From: Azolla caroliniana
Lineage: Eukaryota > Plantae > Polypodiophyta
Direction: 5' to 3'
Assembly: GCA_043228905.1 (NCBI GenBank)
Contig: JBHGNT010000021.1
Span: 10,974,001-11,038,000, forward strand
DNA length: 64,000 bases
Below the pieces are notes generated by a model. It had not been told where the DNA came from, did not search any database, and saw only the letters and a program-made list of their open reading frames with translations. Position 1 is the first letter of the stretch, and each line of letters opens with the position of its first letter. Of this stretch, positions 26,141-39,861 are shown piece after piece. Both the position numbers and the translations under genes were made by a program.

Positions 26141-26293
26141 TACTTAACTATTGCATTATATTTGGCTTTAACCTCTTAGGCCTTCAAAATGCCAAATCCT
26201 ACAACAATTCCAATTAGGATTTACTTAACTATTGCATTATATTTGGCTTTAACCTCGTAGGCCTTCAAAATGCCAAATCCTACAACAATTCCA
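26141..26293. repeat. Tandem duplication, period about 81 bp
   Basis: TACTTAACTATTGCATT...CAATTCCAA at 26141 and 26222. Confidence 0.85.
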
Positions 26294-26305
26294 AGTATGG
26301 TGACA

Positions 26306-26743
26306 ATGCTACTATTCAGGAACAACCGACTTCTTAAATATAATAAATGATCACGTCCACGTTGTCAATTTATCACCACATGTATTCTTAGAGTGCACAT
26401 TTTGTGTTGGCACCCCAAATGAGGAGTAGCTATAGTGAACCTTGGATCATATGGGTTGATGAGGTGTCAATGTAGGAAATAGTAGATTAATAGGACAAAA
26501 TGTATTTAGTAAGGAGGGAAGTTGGGAATGCTACTATTCAGGAACAACTGACTTATTAAATATAATAAATGATCACGTCCACGTTGTCAATTTATCACCA
26601 CATGTATTCTTAGAGTGCACATTTTGTGTTGGCACCCCAAATGAGGAGTAGCTATAGTGAACCCTGGATCATATGGGTTGATGAGGTGTCAATGTAGGAA
26701 ATAGTAGATTAATAGGACAAAATGTATTTAGTAAGGAGGGAAG
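26306..26743. repeat. Tandem duplication, period about 221 bp
   Basis: AATGCTACTATTCAGGAAC...GGAGGGAAGT at 26306 and 26527, near identical. Confidence 0.88.
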
Positions 26744-27099
26744 TAGGGTAATAATGGGATTAACTAGAATAATATTCTTTGTAGGCAACTTAAGATGTAC
26801 TTAGTCTTGAAATATGTGTCGTTGACATTAAGATAAGTACTATCTAACACTAGGGAGTTGGGTCATATTAAGTGACAAGTCAATTGATAGAACAGGAATA
26901 TCCTGCACATTGAAGGTGACAATGAGACACTGAGATCAAACAAAGAATATAAATATCCACTCTTTTCTTACACAATGCTTGTGACTATTATCTATTCCCA
27001 CTAATTTTGTAGTCGACTAGTCCAGATTCCATCTTAGCTCTAAGGTACAACATTGGTGAACTACCATTGTGAGCTACTCTCCTGTAATATATATCTTTG

Positions 27100-28150
27100 T
27101 GAGTGTAACTCTATATGCCTATCAAGTTGATTCTCAATATTTCTAACATGACCTTCAACTTGGGAAAAATTAATCTTGCTAAAGTAGTGTCATGGCATGG
27201 CCTATGATGGATGGAATGTTATCAACATCTTGAATATCTCTAGGAATGCTTGAAAACCTTTTAGTCATATCTGATGTTTTCAATGCCTAAACTTTTCTTT
27301 GCATTTCCAGAAGATTCTAACCTCCTATTTCTAGAGTTCTCTATAATCTCTTTTGAGTTGATGTCAACTATAACACTTTTGTTAAGTTACTCTCTGTTCG
27401 CTCGAATTTTAGTTTTGTTCATGAAAGTTCTACAGTACTCATGCACCATTTTAGTCTATCTTGTTTGTGATAGGCATACATATCCATTTCCTTCATTTTA
27501 TATATACATAGAGAAGCCCAAAATTGACCACTTGAGTAACATGAATAAATTGTAGGAGCAACATTAGCAATAGAACATCAATCAAGTGAAACAAAAAGTA
27601 TTGAGACGGATGCCTTGCATGTGTCCTGGAGTGACACTATACGTGTGTGGCTTAGTGATGTGGATGTAAACTGCGTCACTATGGTGTCACACTGTTAGCA
27701 ACGTATTTTGAATAATCAACATGATTTCTTCATTGTTGAATCAACCAATCTTTTGAATAATCAACTGTATAACAAGTATCAAGTCGCTTTCCAATCGATT
27801 AGCTACATTTTTTTCTTGTATCATTCGGCTCATCATTAAGTTGACCATATCCACATGCACATTGCTCTCAGCCATTTCTTTGATCAAAGACTCCCCCTTG
27901 ATGAAATTTCACGTTAGGTTCACCAAAGTTTGTCATAGAGTTTGTGATTGATGTGTCAAACCATTAGAGTTATGAATGAGAAGAGTTTGTAAAAGCAAGG
28001 GAGAGATGAGCACATACAAGAGATGGAGATAGTGTAGGATTAAAGAAGCAAACAATATATAAAAAGGATATGCTTTATTAAATTAGGAATACAATATTTT
28101 ATGTACCAAAATTAAAACATTTAACCATAAAGATGACACTTTATCTCTCC
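27100..28150 (-). mobile_element. Highly decayed tRNA-Trp-primed gypsy remnant (G)
   Basis: LTR end TGTC at 27931, PBS TGGTGAACCTAACGTGA at 27909-27925, gag start MAESNVHVDMVNLMMSRMIQEK resembling the B and E gag N-termini. Confidence 0.6.
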
Positions 28151-28154
28151 CAAA

Positions 28155-30290
28155 TGTGGAAGGTTGGTAGGTGTGTGCTTATGCGGAAGCGTATGAGAAC
28201 CTGTTTGCGTACTTGAAAAACAACACAGAAAGGGAGGAAGGTAGAGACTTACACAGAAACGAGCTTTAATGGAAAGATTTATTACGTTCTCTTTTTCTCT
28301 CACTTAGAGACTTGATACAATGTGTATCTCCCTCTTTACAACGTTAGGTTATTGCTTATATACTAAGCCCTAACTAGGTGTACGAGTTCATACTCGGACA
28401 AATACAAGTTGGAAGGAGTCGGCCTTTTATGCCAACAAACTCCCCCGTAAAAGGACTACTCTTTATTGCATATACAAATGTTTGGGGTTATCTCCCCCGT
28501 AAATCTAGATTACAAGATTATCCTAAATTTACATTACAAGTTAGTCAGCACGCGGCCGAGTCGGCCGAGTTATAGTAATTGTAGATATAGTTGTTCCGAT
28601 TAGGTCTTATCTACTGTCCCTCGTTCGGCTTTCTTCTACTCGGTCGCTTGTCGTAGTCCCATCTTCATCCTCAGTGCTCCGAAGCGTAGATCTGGGAGTG
28701 GCTTCGTCAGGCAATCAACGATGTTCACCTCGGTGTCGATTTTCCGGATTTCGAGCTTCTTCTCCGTTACGAGCTCGCGGATGTGATGATACCGCACCTC
28801 AATATGCTTTGTCTTTGCATGGTAGACGGGATTGTTGATGAGGTGTATTGCGCTTTGTGAGTCGCAATGGATGGTTGGCAATAACTGGTCGTTTCTGCTT
28901 GTATTTGAGAAGTCAGCAGGCAGTCGGTGCAACCAGATCGCTTCCGATGCTGCTATGTACTTGGCTTCTGTGGTAGACAGAGCCGTGCACTCTTGAAGTT
29001 TCGACCTCCATGATATTGCACCACCGCCATAGGTGAAGATGTAGCCTGATGTCAATTTCCGATTATCTATATTTCTAGCATAGTCAGAATCAGTGTAGCC
29101 TTCAACTTCGATTGAGGATGTCAAACCGAAAGTCAGCTGTGTATCTTTGGTCCCTCTCAAGTACCCGAAGATGTGCTTGACGGCCTCCCAATGATTTCGT
29201 GCTGGGTTTGACATGTACCGACTGACCACTCCTACAACATAGGTCGGGTCGGGTCGGGTCGTAACCATTGCGTACATGATACTTCCTACGGCCGATGCGT
29301 AGGGCATCTTTCCATTAAGCTCTCTCTCCTTGTTCATTGAAGGAGAGTCTCTATCCGATAGTCGGATCAATGTCGGAAGCGGTGTTGGTGCTGGCTTCGC
29401 ATTCTCCATGTTGAAGCGCTTCAGCACCTTCCGGATATAGTCGGACTGGGAGAGTCGGAGAAGAGTCTTGGTCGTCCGATTTCGCTCGATCCTCATGCCC
29501 ATTATGTGTCGGGCTTGTTCGAGTTCCTTCATCGTGAACTTGTTGTGAAGGCTCCGCTTCAACTTTCCGATCTCTACTTGATTGCTTCTTGCAATCAGCA
29601 TGTCGTCGATATATAGGATCAAATAGATCTTGGACTCATCGGCTAGTTGCCAAACATACATACATGGGTCGGAGTCAGTTCTGTGGTATCCAGGTTTCTT
29701 GATGTAAGAGTCAAACTTCTGGTACCACATGCTCAACACTTGTTTCAAGCCATATAGACTTTTCTTTAATCAACATACGAGGTGTCTTTCATCCCCAATC
29801 GCCAAAAAGCCTGCGGTCGAGACATGTAGATGTCTTCTTCTAGATTTCCGTGTAGGAATGCCGTCTTTACGTCCATCCACTCAAGCTCAAGATCTTCTGT
29901 CACTACAACTCCTAGTAGAAGTCAGAGGGTGATCATCTTGACTACTGGTGAGAATATCTCATCGTAGTCGACCCCATGTTCTTGCTTGAACCCTTTCGCA
30001 ACAAGCCGAGCTTTGTAATTTTTTCTGAGTCAGATACATACTTGTATCGGAATACCCATTTGCAAGGTAGCGGCTTTCTTCCAGCTCGTAGTTCGACCAA
30101 CTCCGAAGTTTGATTCTGGTGAATTGAGTCCATTTCGGATTTCATGGCTTGTAGCCATGTTTCAGCATCTGGTGCGGCCATAACTTCTTCATATGTGCTT
30201 TGTTTGCATGCATCAGTGTAGTTGACATAGTTGAGGCCTGATTGGTAGAACTCTATTTGCCTTTGAGCTCATCTAGATCTCCTGGGTACC
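28155..30290 (-). mobile_element. Ty1/copia C3, 3' part (RT, RNase H, PPT, 3' LTR about 28155-28437)
   Basis: ORF 28636-29748 with LYIDD, DSDYA, ALSTTEA, TKHIEVRYH; PPT GGGGAGTT before TGTTGGC. Confidence 0.88.
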
Positions 30291-31675
30291 GTCATGATGT
30301 GACGTGCTTGAGAGTGGGAAAAACCGGCGAAAGGGGGGGTCACAATGTGCATGTGCAAGAAAAGGGAAAAGAAAGGGCGGAAAGGATGTATAGAAGCTCG
30401 TGTAAAAAGTAAGAGAGAGGAGAGATAAACAGTAGAGGGGAGACAGGCTAAGAATTTATAAAGATAGAATTATATATTATATAAGAGAGAGTTAATGGGC
30501 TAGTGGATAGTCATATTGACTTCTAGCTAGAGGTGCACGATTCAAATCTAGTCTTGCAATGCAGTGTGATTTAAGGAATTTTATTCCTTTTGCATTGAAG
30601 ACAAAATTGGCGACCCCCCTTCTTTTTTTCCTATAAAAGGAGGTCAAGGGGGGCTCATTGAGGAGGACGTTTTGGGAGGAGGAGACTATCGCCATTTTTC
30701 ATTCGGAGCTCTTCATCTTCTTCTTCACCACTTCTCTTCATCTCTTCATACCCCTTCATCCCCTCATCGCCACGTGCTCGTCTTTTTCGCATTTGCACTC
30801 AAAGTGCTCGTGAGCCGAAGCTTCGTTGGTTTGACGTTGCTTCGCCCCGTTTGTCGTTGTGAGCCCGTGTGCTCGCCGTTCGAGTGGTTGTGGGTCATCT
30901 TCGCCGTGTTCGGTTTTGCTCGTCTCTAAGGGCATTTAGTATTTATGTTTTGATTGAGCTTGTAGTTGACTAGAAGTTGCCATTGTAATCAAACCCTATT
31001 TTATAAAGGGTCCTCTAGCGTTGGAATCGAACACGGTGTCATGAAGAAAACCGTCCACGAGCGGAATCCGTGCACCGGAGCGTAGAAACCGACTCTTCGT
31101 GCACGTGCGCCTTAAGTTGTACGTAGGAGATCCTAGGTAGATTCGGTAGGTAGGGAGTAAAGGGGAAACGGCTCCTTCCTTTCCTATAAAAGGAGGGAGA
31201 CAAGGAGGGTAGAGGGATCGCGGAGAGTCGAGGACGAAGTGCTGTCGGTTTGCGTGCGAAGGCTTCTCTCTCTCTCTCTGGTTCGCAAACTCCATAGCTT
31301 CCTTCTGTGCAGGTTTCGGGAGGCTCGCGCTGCTCTGAGGAATGCCCGAGTGCTTCCGGCAGCACCTCCAACCTGTCCCTGTCTTTCTGTGTGTTTACGA
31401 ACAGGTATCGGCATCTGTTCGCCAGCCTGTTCGGTTGTAACCGACTTCGTGTTTTGTTGTCTTCATGTTCTTGTTGTTTGTCTTTGTAAATACATACATA
31501 CATTTGTGTCTTTCTGTGTCGCTGTCCCACTTGCGTCTTTGCGTCGAAGGGCCGTGTCCCTATGGATCTACGCTCGCACGTAGAGGGTTCTTCCCCTTCC
31601 TCTCTCGCTCTTTGGTACAGGACCCCCGAGGTTCCGCCTCATTCCACGCATCCGCGAGGAATACCTCGACATCTT

Positions 31676-31692
31676 TGGTGAACCCGACGTGA
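31676..31692 (+). promoter_or_regulatory. Primer binding site complementary to the 3' end of tRNA-Trp
   Basis: TGGTGAACCCGACGTGA is the reverse complement of TCACGTCGGGTTCA-CCA, the plant cytosolic tRNA-Trp 3' end as recalled. Confidence 0.85.
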
Positions 31693-31716
31693 AGGAGGCG
31701 GCAGAAGAGCAGAAGA

Positions 31717-33842
31717 TGAGGGGGTCGGATCTTGCGGAGGCCATGGCTTCGGCCGTGGATCGGATATTGAGCACACGCGAGGGCACCGGCGCCCTCGACA
31801 GAGCCATTGAGGCGGTTGTCGGTACGATCGGCCGTTTCAGCGGAAAGGATGCTACGAAGTATTTGGCGTCCTACGGGGCGGAAATGCTGATGCGGGACAT
31901 TCCGGAAGAGAGGTGTCTTGCCGGGTTCCCTTGAGTGGCGATGCCGAGCATCCATGCGGAGGTGCTCGAGGTACGGGCGGAGAGCCGTACCTGGGAGGAG
32001 TTCGAAGGCCGACTCCTAGAGAAATATGGGCTGGATGACGCGCTCCGGCTTTCGAAACGGGACTTCATGGAATGGGTGGAGTCCCTCGGCAAAGGAAGAA
32101 ACGCGTCGGCACTCCTCCGGGAGTTCGAAGAACGCTTTGCGCGCCTTTCGGCGCTTGACCGAACTATCCTGGATACGAGCCGGGTCCCACTGTTCGTCAA
32201 GTCGGTGGACGAGCGGGACCAGGATCAAGTCGGCTCCTTGCTGGAAACTGAAGACGGGTTGACAACCGACTGGGCTGCGGTTAAGAGAGTCTGTGGCCGT
32301 TTCGACAAACGGCGAGAATGGGCTGACAACGGGGCGGCCGGTGCGGGCTCTGTTACAGCAAGGAGGCTTGAACCGGCGCCGCAAGTACGAAGGGAAGAAA
32401 CCCGGGAATGGCTCGAAATCGGTCCAGCTTCGACCGGCATGGTCAATGGCTCGTCCGGAGGAGCAGCGCTGGAGGAGTTGACGCGGGCGATAAAGGATCT
32501 CCAGATCGCCCAGACTCGAAGGGAAGGCGGCGAACCGGCTCGTGACTGACGGCCGATAGTAGGGAACAGGTGCATGTGGTGCGACGAGGTCGGCCACATC
32601 CGGAAGGACTGCGGCGATTTCGCAGAAGCGTTGAGGAGCCAGGTGGTGTACCTGTGGGAAGGCCGGGTGCACGCCGGCGACACCAGAAGGGCCCTAAACC
32701 GAAACGACGGACGAGGAGGTATGAAGAGACTGATGGAAGAGGCAGCGGCCCGACACGTGGAGGCCATCCACTACTCGGCGTCGGCCGACATTCGGGTCGG
32801 GGGCAGCGAGGCCCGAAAGGAGGGCAAAGACGGATTCTGGTCGGCAATGCTGGAAGGTCTTGCCGGCGCACGGCCAAGGAAAGACGAAACGGACCGTGCT
32901 GAGAGACGGGTCCGGGAAATAACCGGGTGGAGCGATCCGGTCGAGGAGAAGACGGGCTTCGTAGAAGCCGCCTGCCGGAACTACGAGGCTCTGGTAGAAG
33001 ACAAGCAAGTGGGGAAAGCCGGAGCGGACGGGCCCTCACAATGGTACGAGACCCGATTCGGGCAACGACGGAACGATGCCGGCGGGTCCAACTCGCAAGA
33101 CAACCCCAGGAAGGGCGGATACCGACTGGGGACGGAGATAGAAAGGACTACGGACCTACGAAAGGTCCTAGAAGAACGGATCCTCGACAACAAAGTGGAG
33201 CTGTCATTGCGAGAGGTGTTAGGGATCGCCAAGAAGGAGTTCCACGACTCCATTGTAGACTTGGTGAAACGGAAGAGGCTGTCGACGGAGACGGATCCGG
33301 AAAGACCGATAGAGGTGCGGACGACGCACATCGACGACTCGGCGCTGGCGGATGAGTGGGCGGAGAGCCACTATTCGAGGCCACACTGGGCCCGAGCGAC
33401 CACGGAGACCCCGGTAAGGATTGGAGAGGTTCAGGAACCGGTGGTGGCGTTGGTTGACCACGGTTCGGAAATAAACCTGATGTCCATGGACTTTTATAAG
33501 AAGGGAAAGTGGCCGATCAACACCAAGCATGGGTGGAAGATACGGGCGGCGATGCGCGCCACCGAGGAATTACACGGGGCCTGCCCGAACGTGCGAGTCA
33601 AGATCGGCGACGTCGAGATTGACCAGCACTTCTTCGTACAGGAGACGTCCTCGCACCCGGTCATATTAGGTGAACCATACATCACGGCGGCGCGGATGGA
33701 GACCAAAGTGCTGGACAACGGGTCGGCCTACGCGAGGGTCAAAAGCCAGGACGGGCGCCATTCAGTTCAGTTTCTGACGGTGCGGCCGAACCACGAGAGA
33801 AACCGCGAATCCCTCGGTGGCGAGAACCGGGAGGATTTTTAG
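31717..33842 (+). pseudogene. A3 gag-protease ORF (two premature TGA)
   Basis: ORFs 31689-31934, 31935-32549 and 32574-33842 share one frame; zinc knuckle CMWCDEVGHIRKDC; protease VDHGSEINLM. Confidence 0.9.
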
Positions 33843-33899
33843 AGAGGGCTGCCAAGGCGTGGGGCCGAGACAGTCCGGACACTCGGGAAAGACCCCACG
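33833..33899 (+). promoter_or_regulatory. Putative -1 ribosomal frameshift signal: G_GAU_UUU plus H-type pseudoknot (A3)
   Basis: GGATTTT immediately before TAG; the -1 frame is open into ORF 33947-34603; stems GGGCTG/CAGTCC and CGTGGGG/CCCCACG. Confidence 0.8.
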
Positions 33900-34553
33900 A
33901 TTGTACGATAGGTAGGAGATTTTGCTTCTCCGACAACGGAGGGTGTATGATAGTCGGCATCGTTGGCCGAGAAAAGACAAGGGTGGAAGAGCGACTTCGA
34001 GCGTGCGGAGTTCTCGGCCCGGACGAGGAAATCAGCGGAGCCGTGGAGGCGGTCTCCTTCGATGACACCTTGCGGATGCTGAGGAAGGTAGCCGGAGAAG
34101 ACCTTAACGAAGACCGGACGATACCGGTATGTTCCGAAGAGATGTACGAAGTCGTCGCGAACTTCAGTCGGGGGCTCGGGTCGGATTGGACGGCCCGAGT
34201 TAGCACAAAGTACAAGGTTGTGGACCGGAAGGTAAGGCCAGTCGCGGCACCCTTACCGGAGGGCAGCGAGTCCCGGATTAGAGGGGTTGCGTCGAACCCC
34301 AGTTTACGAGATCCGGCCTGCATAGGACACACCTTCACCGACGGAACGCTCTGGGAGCTCAAAATCGGTGGGGGCGGGTTCCTACTACCGGCGGAGGAAG
34401 ACCGGTTTCGGAGAATGCTCGGAAGGCACGGGAAAGCCTTCGCATTCTCACCGGAAGAGATCGGGTGCGTGGACCCGACGATCGTGGAGCCGATGGTGAT
34501 ATTCACGGTACCGCATGTACCGTGGAATCTCAAGCCGATTCCAGTACCGAAAG

Positions 34554-37500
34554 TGTTGGGATTACGGTCCCTCCGGATGGGATGGTCGGATGTCCGGAGA
34601 TGAATGACGACAAGCCCGGTTGCGGTTTCGGAACCGGATGATGAAGACCCCGACTTCGGAGCCGGACGACGAATGTACCCGGAGAGAGATCCGGATGCGG
34701 GGACATATCTGTGAATATGTTTGCCAAGGGCCCTTGAGGCTATAGTTGTAAATAGCCCTAAAGTCATATGTGTATAAATATGACTTAGGGCAAACAGTTT
34801 TATGTTGCTACTCATTTTTCTGTTTTTCCACTCAAGAGGAGTGAAGAGAGAGCAGCCGTGAGAGAGATAGAGCGTGAGAGACGAAGAGGTCGACGCCTCT
34901 GTGTAATTCCGCCGCCTGTGGCGAGGACAGCGAGCTCAAGGTCGTCGCCTTGCAGCTCGCCATTGTATATTTCTCTGTGCATAGTTTTGGTTCGGAGTCT
35001 TGTACTCCCGTGGTTTTTTTCCCGTACAGGGTTTTCCACGTTAAATCGTGTGTCCACTTATTTACTTTTGCATTTCCCATTTTCTGCAACAACGATTCGT
35101 GTGTTTCCTTGGTTGTGGCCGAGAGGTGAAGTTTGGAAAGTGTCGATTATTTCCATCAATTTGGTATCAGAGCGAGCTGCTGCAGAAAATGGAAGGCGGC
35201 GGCAGCGGGCAGCCGGGGATGATGGTGCTGAATGCGCAGAATTACGCCGACTGGAAGATCAAGATGGAGGATCTTCTGATTGTTCGGGACCTGTACGAAC
35301 CGATTGACAGGTCGGAAATACCGAAGGGGGTACTTGAGTCGGAATGGAGGCTTCTGAACCGGAAAGCCGTTGCAACCATTCGGCAATACGTCGACGTGAG
35401 CGTTCTACAACATGTGGCGAACGACATCAACGCATATGAGATGTGGCGGAAGCTGTCGGGCCTCTACGAGAGGAAGAATGCGTTGAACCGGACCTCCCTG
35501 ATGAGGAAGATAGTGAACCTCAAGTACCGGGACGGCGAGAGTATGGTGGAACACGTAAGCACGTTCATGGGATTCGTGAACCAGCTTGCGGCGATCAAGT
35601 TCCCGCTGGAGGATGCAATGCAAGCCATCATTCTGATGTGTACATTGCCGGAAAGCTGGGAGAACTTGGTGGTGACTCTCAGCACCTCCTGCACGGAAGA
35701 TAACTTGTCCCTACAAACGGTAAAGACAAGTATTTTGAACGAAGAAGCGCGTCGGAGAGATAAAGAACCGGCCTCCGACTCGAAGGCGCTGCTTACCGAA
35801 TCGGAACGGGGAAGACAATGGAACCGGAGTCCGCAAAGACGGGAGAAGTCGGGGACCCGGTCGCAGTCAAGAGGAAGACCCACATGCTTCCACTGTGGGA
35901 AGCCGGGGCACTTCCGGAAGAATTGTCGGCATTACCGAAAGGACAACGGAGCCGACGACACCGATTCGAAGAAGTCTTCGGAACGGAACGGTGCTTACCG
36001 GGGAGCCACGGACCGGAATGGTTCGGATCGGCGAGGGCAGGACCGGAAAGGAACGACGGCACTCGCGGCAAGTGAAGAGGAGATCATGCTCATCACCGAA
36101 GAAGGTGAACTAAACATTGTCGGCGATGAGACTACCTGGGTGGTCGATTCTGGAGCGTCGTTCCACCTGACCCCGGAAAGAAGATACTTCTCATCCTACA
36201 CAGCCGGTGAGCATGGCTGTGTTCGGATGGGAAATGAAGGTACGTGCCGGATTGCCGGCATAGGAGACGTGTGGTTGACAACCCCGACCGGATGCAAAAT
36301 GCTGCTGAAGGATGTCCGACACGTTCCGGAGGTTCGATTGAACCTGATTTCGGCCGGGAGGCTAGACGATGAAGGCTACACAGGTAGCATCCGGAACGGC
36401 GTAATGAAGTTCAGCAAGGGGAGCCTGATAGTGGCTCGGGCCCGGAAAGTCAACACACTGTACCTTATGAATGCCTGGTTGTGTCCGGAAGAGTTGAACG
36501 TGGCGGCCGACACTGCCGGTGAGCTGTGGCACAAGAGACTGTGCCACATGAGTGAGAAGGGGATGAAGAGGCTTGCAGAAGACAACCTTATTCCAGTGAA
36601 GCATGTGCACCTGGAGAAGTGCACCGATTGCCTGGCCGGTAAGCAGAACCGAACCTCCTTCCATTCAAGGCCACCGACGAGACGTAGCGCACCATTGGAG
36701 TTGGTGCACACTGATGTGTGTCAGGTAGAAATGAAGTCACATGGCGGAGCCCAGTACTTCGTAACATTCATTGATGATCACAGCCGGAAGCTGTGGACGG
36801 CACCGTTGAAGACAAAGGACCAAGTGTTGTGCGTCTTCAAAGAACTCCACGCGAGAGTGGAAAGGGAATCCGGCAAGAAGCTGAAAGCGATACGAGCGGA
36901 TAACGGAGGGGAATACCGGGGGCAGTTCGCGGAGTACTGTCGCTCGAAGGGAATCCGGCTCGAGTTTACTGTGCCGAAGACGCCGGAACTGAACGGGCTG
37001 GCCGAGAGGATGAACCGGACCATAATGGAGAGGGTCCGGAGTATGTTGGCGCATGCGAAATTACCCAAGGGGTTTTGGGCTGAGGCAATGTCGACGGCGA
37101 CATACGTGATAAACAGATAAACGGAGACACGCCGCAGAGAGTGTGGACCGGTAGGGAAGTATCCTACCGGCATCTGAAGGTGTTCGGGTGTCTCGCATAC
37201 GTGCATGTGGCAAAGGACCGGAGAGGAAAGCTAGATCCAAAGACCCGGCCATGCATATTCCTCGGTTACGACGATGACGAGTTCGGCTACCGAGTATGGG
37301 ACCCGGTCGACAAGAAGATATTCCGGAGTCGTGATATCATCTTCATGGAGAACAAGACACTCGCTGACTGGGAGTCGGAGAAGAAGATGAAGAGCTCCAA
37401 GTCGACCGGTGAGTATAAACTCTACGAGGAGCAGTCCCGACCGGCAAGGGACCGGTTAACACTCGAAGATCCGGCCGAAGACGGTGAAGAAACAGAACCG

Positions 37501-39861
37501 GCCGAAGAAGATGAAAATGATACCGGAACCGGCCCCGATCCCGAAATGGATTCGGATGAAGAAGAATCGGAAGAACCGGTTACCGAAGCTCCGGAACGGA
37601 GATATCCTCTAAGAGAGAGAAGGGCTCCCCGGAGATTTCCGGAACCAGAGCACGTGCTGCTAACCGACGAGGGGGAGCCGGAGAGCTTTGAAGAAGCGAA
37701 GCATGACACCCATAGCCGCAGGTGGTTAAGTGCCATGCAAGAGGAGATGGATTCCCTGCATGAGAACCACACATATGAACTTGTGGAGTTGCCGAAAGGA
37801 AAACGGGCACTCCGTAACAAGTGGGTGTTCAAGCTGAAACCGGGAGATGCCGGAAACCCCCCGAGATACAAAACCAGGATCGTGGTGAAGGGGTTTCAGC
37901 AGAAGAAGGGCGTCGACTTCGACGAGATATTTGCCCCGGTAGTGAAGATGAACTCCATCCGGACGGTGCTGAGCATAGCGGCAAGCATGGACCTCGAGAT
38001 AGAACAGATGGACGTGAAGACGGCATTCCTTCACGGTGACCTCGAAGAAGAGATCTACATGCAGCAACCGGAAGGATTCGAGAAGAAAGGGAAGGAGCAC
38101 CTGGTATGCCGGTTGAAGAAGAGCCTTTACGGTCTGAAGCAGGCTCCCCGGCAATGGTACCGGAAGTTCGACTCCTTCATGACAGACGAAGGGTACCACA
38201 AAACGCAGTCCGATCACTGCGTGTTTGTGAAGAAGTTCGAAGGAGGAGACTTTCTAATACTCCTCCTGTACGTGGACGACATGTTGATCGTCGGACGAGA
38301 CCAGGTCAAGATACGGATGCTGAAGAAGGCTCTTCACCGAACCTTCTCAATGAAGGACCTGGGTCCGGCGAGGCAAATACTAGGGATGCACATCATCCGG
38401 GACCGGAAGAAGAAGCACTTGTGGCTGTCACAGGAGAAGTACGTGACCAAGGTGCTTCACCGGTTCAACATGTCGGAAGCAAGACCGGTCGGGTCAACAC
38501 TCCCGGCAAACTGCAAGCTGTCCAGCAAGCAGAGCCCCAAGACAAAGGCTGAGAAGGAGGACATGATGAAAGTACCATATGCCTCTGCCGTCGGGAGCTT
38601 GATGTACGCAATGGTGTGTACCCGACCGGACATAGGATATGCAGTCGGAGTGGTGAGCCGGTACATGAGCAATCCCGGCAAAGAGCATTGGAACGCGGCC
38701 AAGTGGATACTCCGATACCTGAAGGGCACGGCAAACGTGTGCCTCCGATTCGGCTCCGGTAAGCCCGAACTCGACGGCTTCACCGATTCGGATATGTCGG
38801 CTGATGCAGATACCAGCCGGTCCACATCAGGGTATGTGATGACGTATGCAGGGGGAGCTGTTTCATGGCAGTCGAGGCTGCAGAAGACGGTTGCGTTGTC
38901 AACCACGGAGGCGGAGTACATGGCGGCTGTTGAAGCCGGCAAGGAAATAATATGGATGAAGGACTTCATTAGAGAGCTCGGTATCCGGCAGGAGGAGTAC
39001 CGACTCTACTGCGACAGTCAGAGTGCAATCCACCTTGCGAAGAACGCGGCCTATCACTCCCGGACGAAGCACATCTAGCGAAGATATCACTGGATTCGGG
39101 AAAGGATATAAGACAAGGAGTTCGTGCTGACGAAGATCCACACGGACGAGAACGGGTCGGATATGCTGACCAAGGTGCTCACACCCGACAAGCTGGAAGC
39201 ATGCCGGAAGAGGATCGGATTGGAGAGACATCCCATGCCGAAGTGAAGGGGGAGTTTGTTGGGATTACGGTCCCTCCGGATGGGATGGTCGGATGTCCGG
39301 AGATGAATGACGACAAGCCCGGTTGCGGTTTCGGAACCGGATGATGAAGACCCCGACTTCGGAGCCGGACGACGAATGTACCCGGAGAGAGATCCGGATG
39401 CGGGGACATATCTGTGAATATGTTTGCCAAGGGCCCTTGAGGCTATAGTTGTAAATAGCCCTAAAGTCATATGTGTATAAATATGACTTAGGGCAAATAG
39501 TTTTATAATGCTACTCATTTTTCTGTTTTTCCACTCAAGAGGAGTGAAGAGAGAGCAGCCGTGAGAGAGATAGAGCGTGAGAGACGAAGAGGTCGACGCC
39601 TCTGTGTAATTCCGCCGCCTGTGGCGAGGACAGCGAGCTCAAGGTCGTCGCCTTGCAGCTCGCCATTGTATATTTCTCTGTGCATAGTTTTGGTTCGGAG
39701 TCTTGTACTCCCGTGGTTTTTTTCCCGTACAGGGTTTTCCACGTTAAATCGTGTGTCCACTTATTTACTTTTGCATTTCCCATTTTCTGCAACAACGATT
39801 CGTGTGTTTCCTTGGTTGTGGCCGAGAGGTGAAGTTTGGAAAGTGTCGATTATTTCCATCA
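34554..39861 (+). mobile_element. Ty1/copia C4, complete and young, inserted in A3 pol
   Basis: 605-bp LTRs 34554-35158 and 39257-39861 with about 3 differences by eye; iMet PBS at 35162; PPT GAAGGGGGAG; flanked by ACCGAAAG on both sides. Confidence 0.97.
35189..39246 (+). pseudogene. C4 gag-pol polyprotein (gag, PR, IN, RT, RNase H)
   Basis: ORFs 35048-37120 and 37141-39078; small deletion at about 37118 relative to C4b; CAG>TAG at 39076. Confidence 0.93.

Noticed and set aside
33840-33842. Stop-codon readthrough as the gag-PR/pol recoding mechanism
   Set aside because: Downstream pol is in the -1 frame in three families, and the stop differs between them (TAG versus TAA).
32016-34815. Long antisense and alternate-frame ORFs over A3 and C4 (e.g. 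358 aa at 33739-34815)
   Set aside because: Shadow ORFs of GC-rich coding sequence; the longest crosses an insertion junction, so it cannot be an evolved gene.
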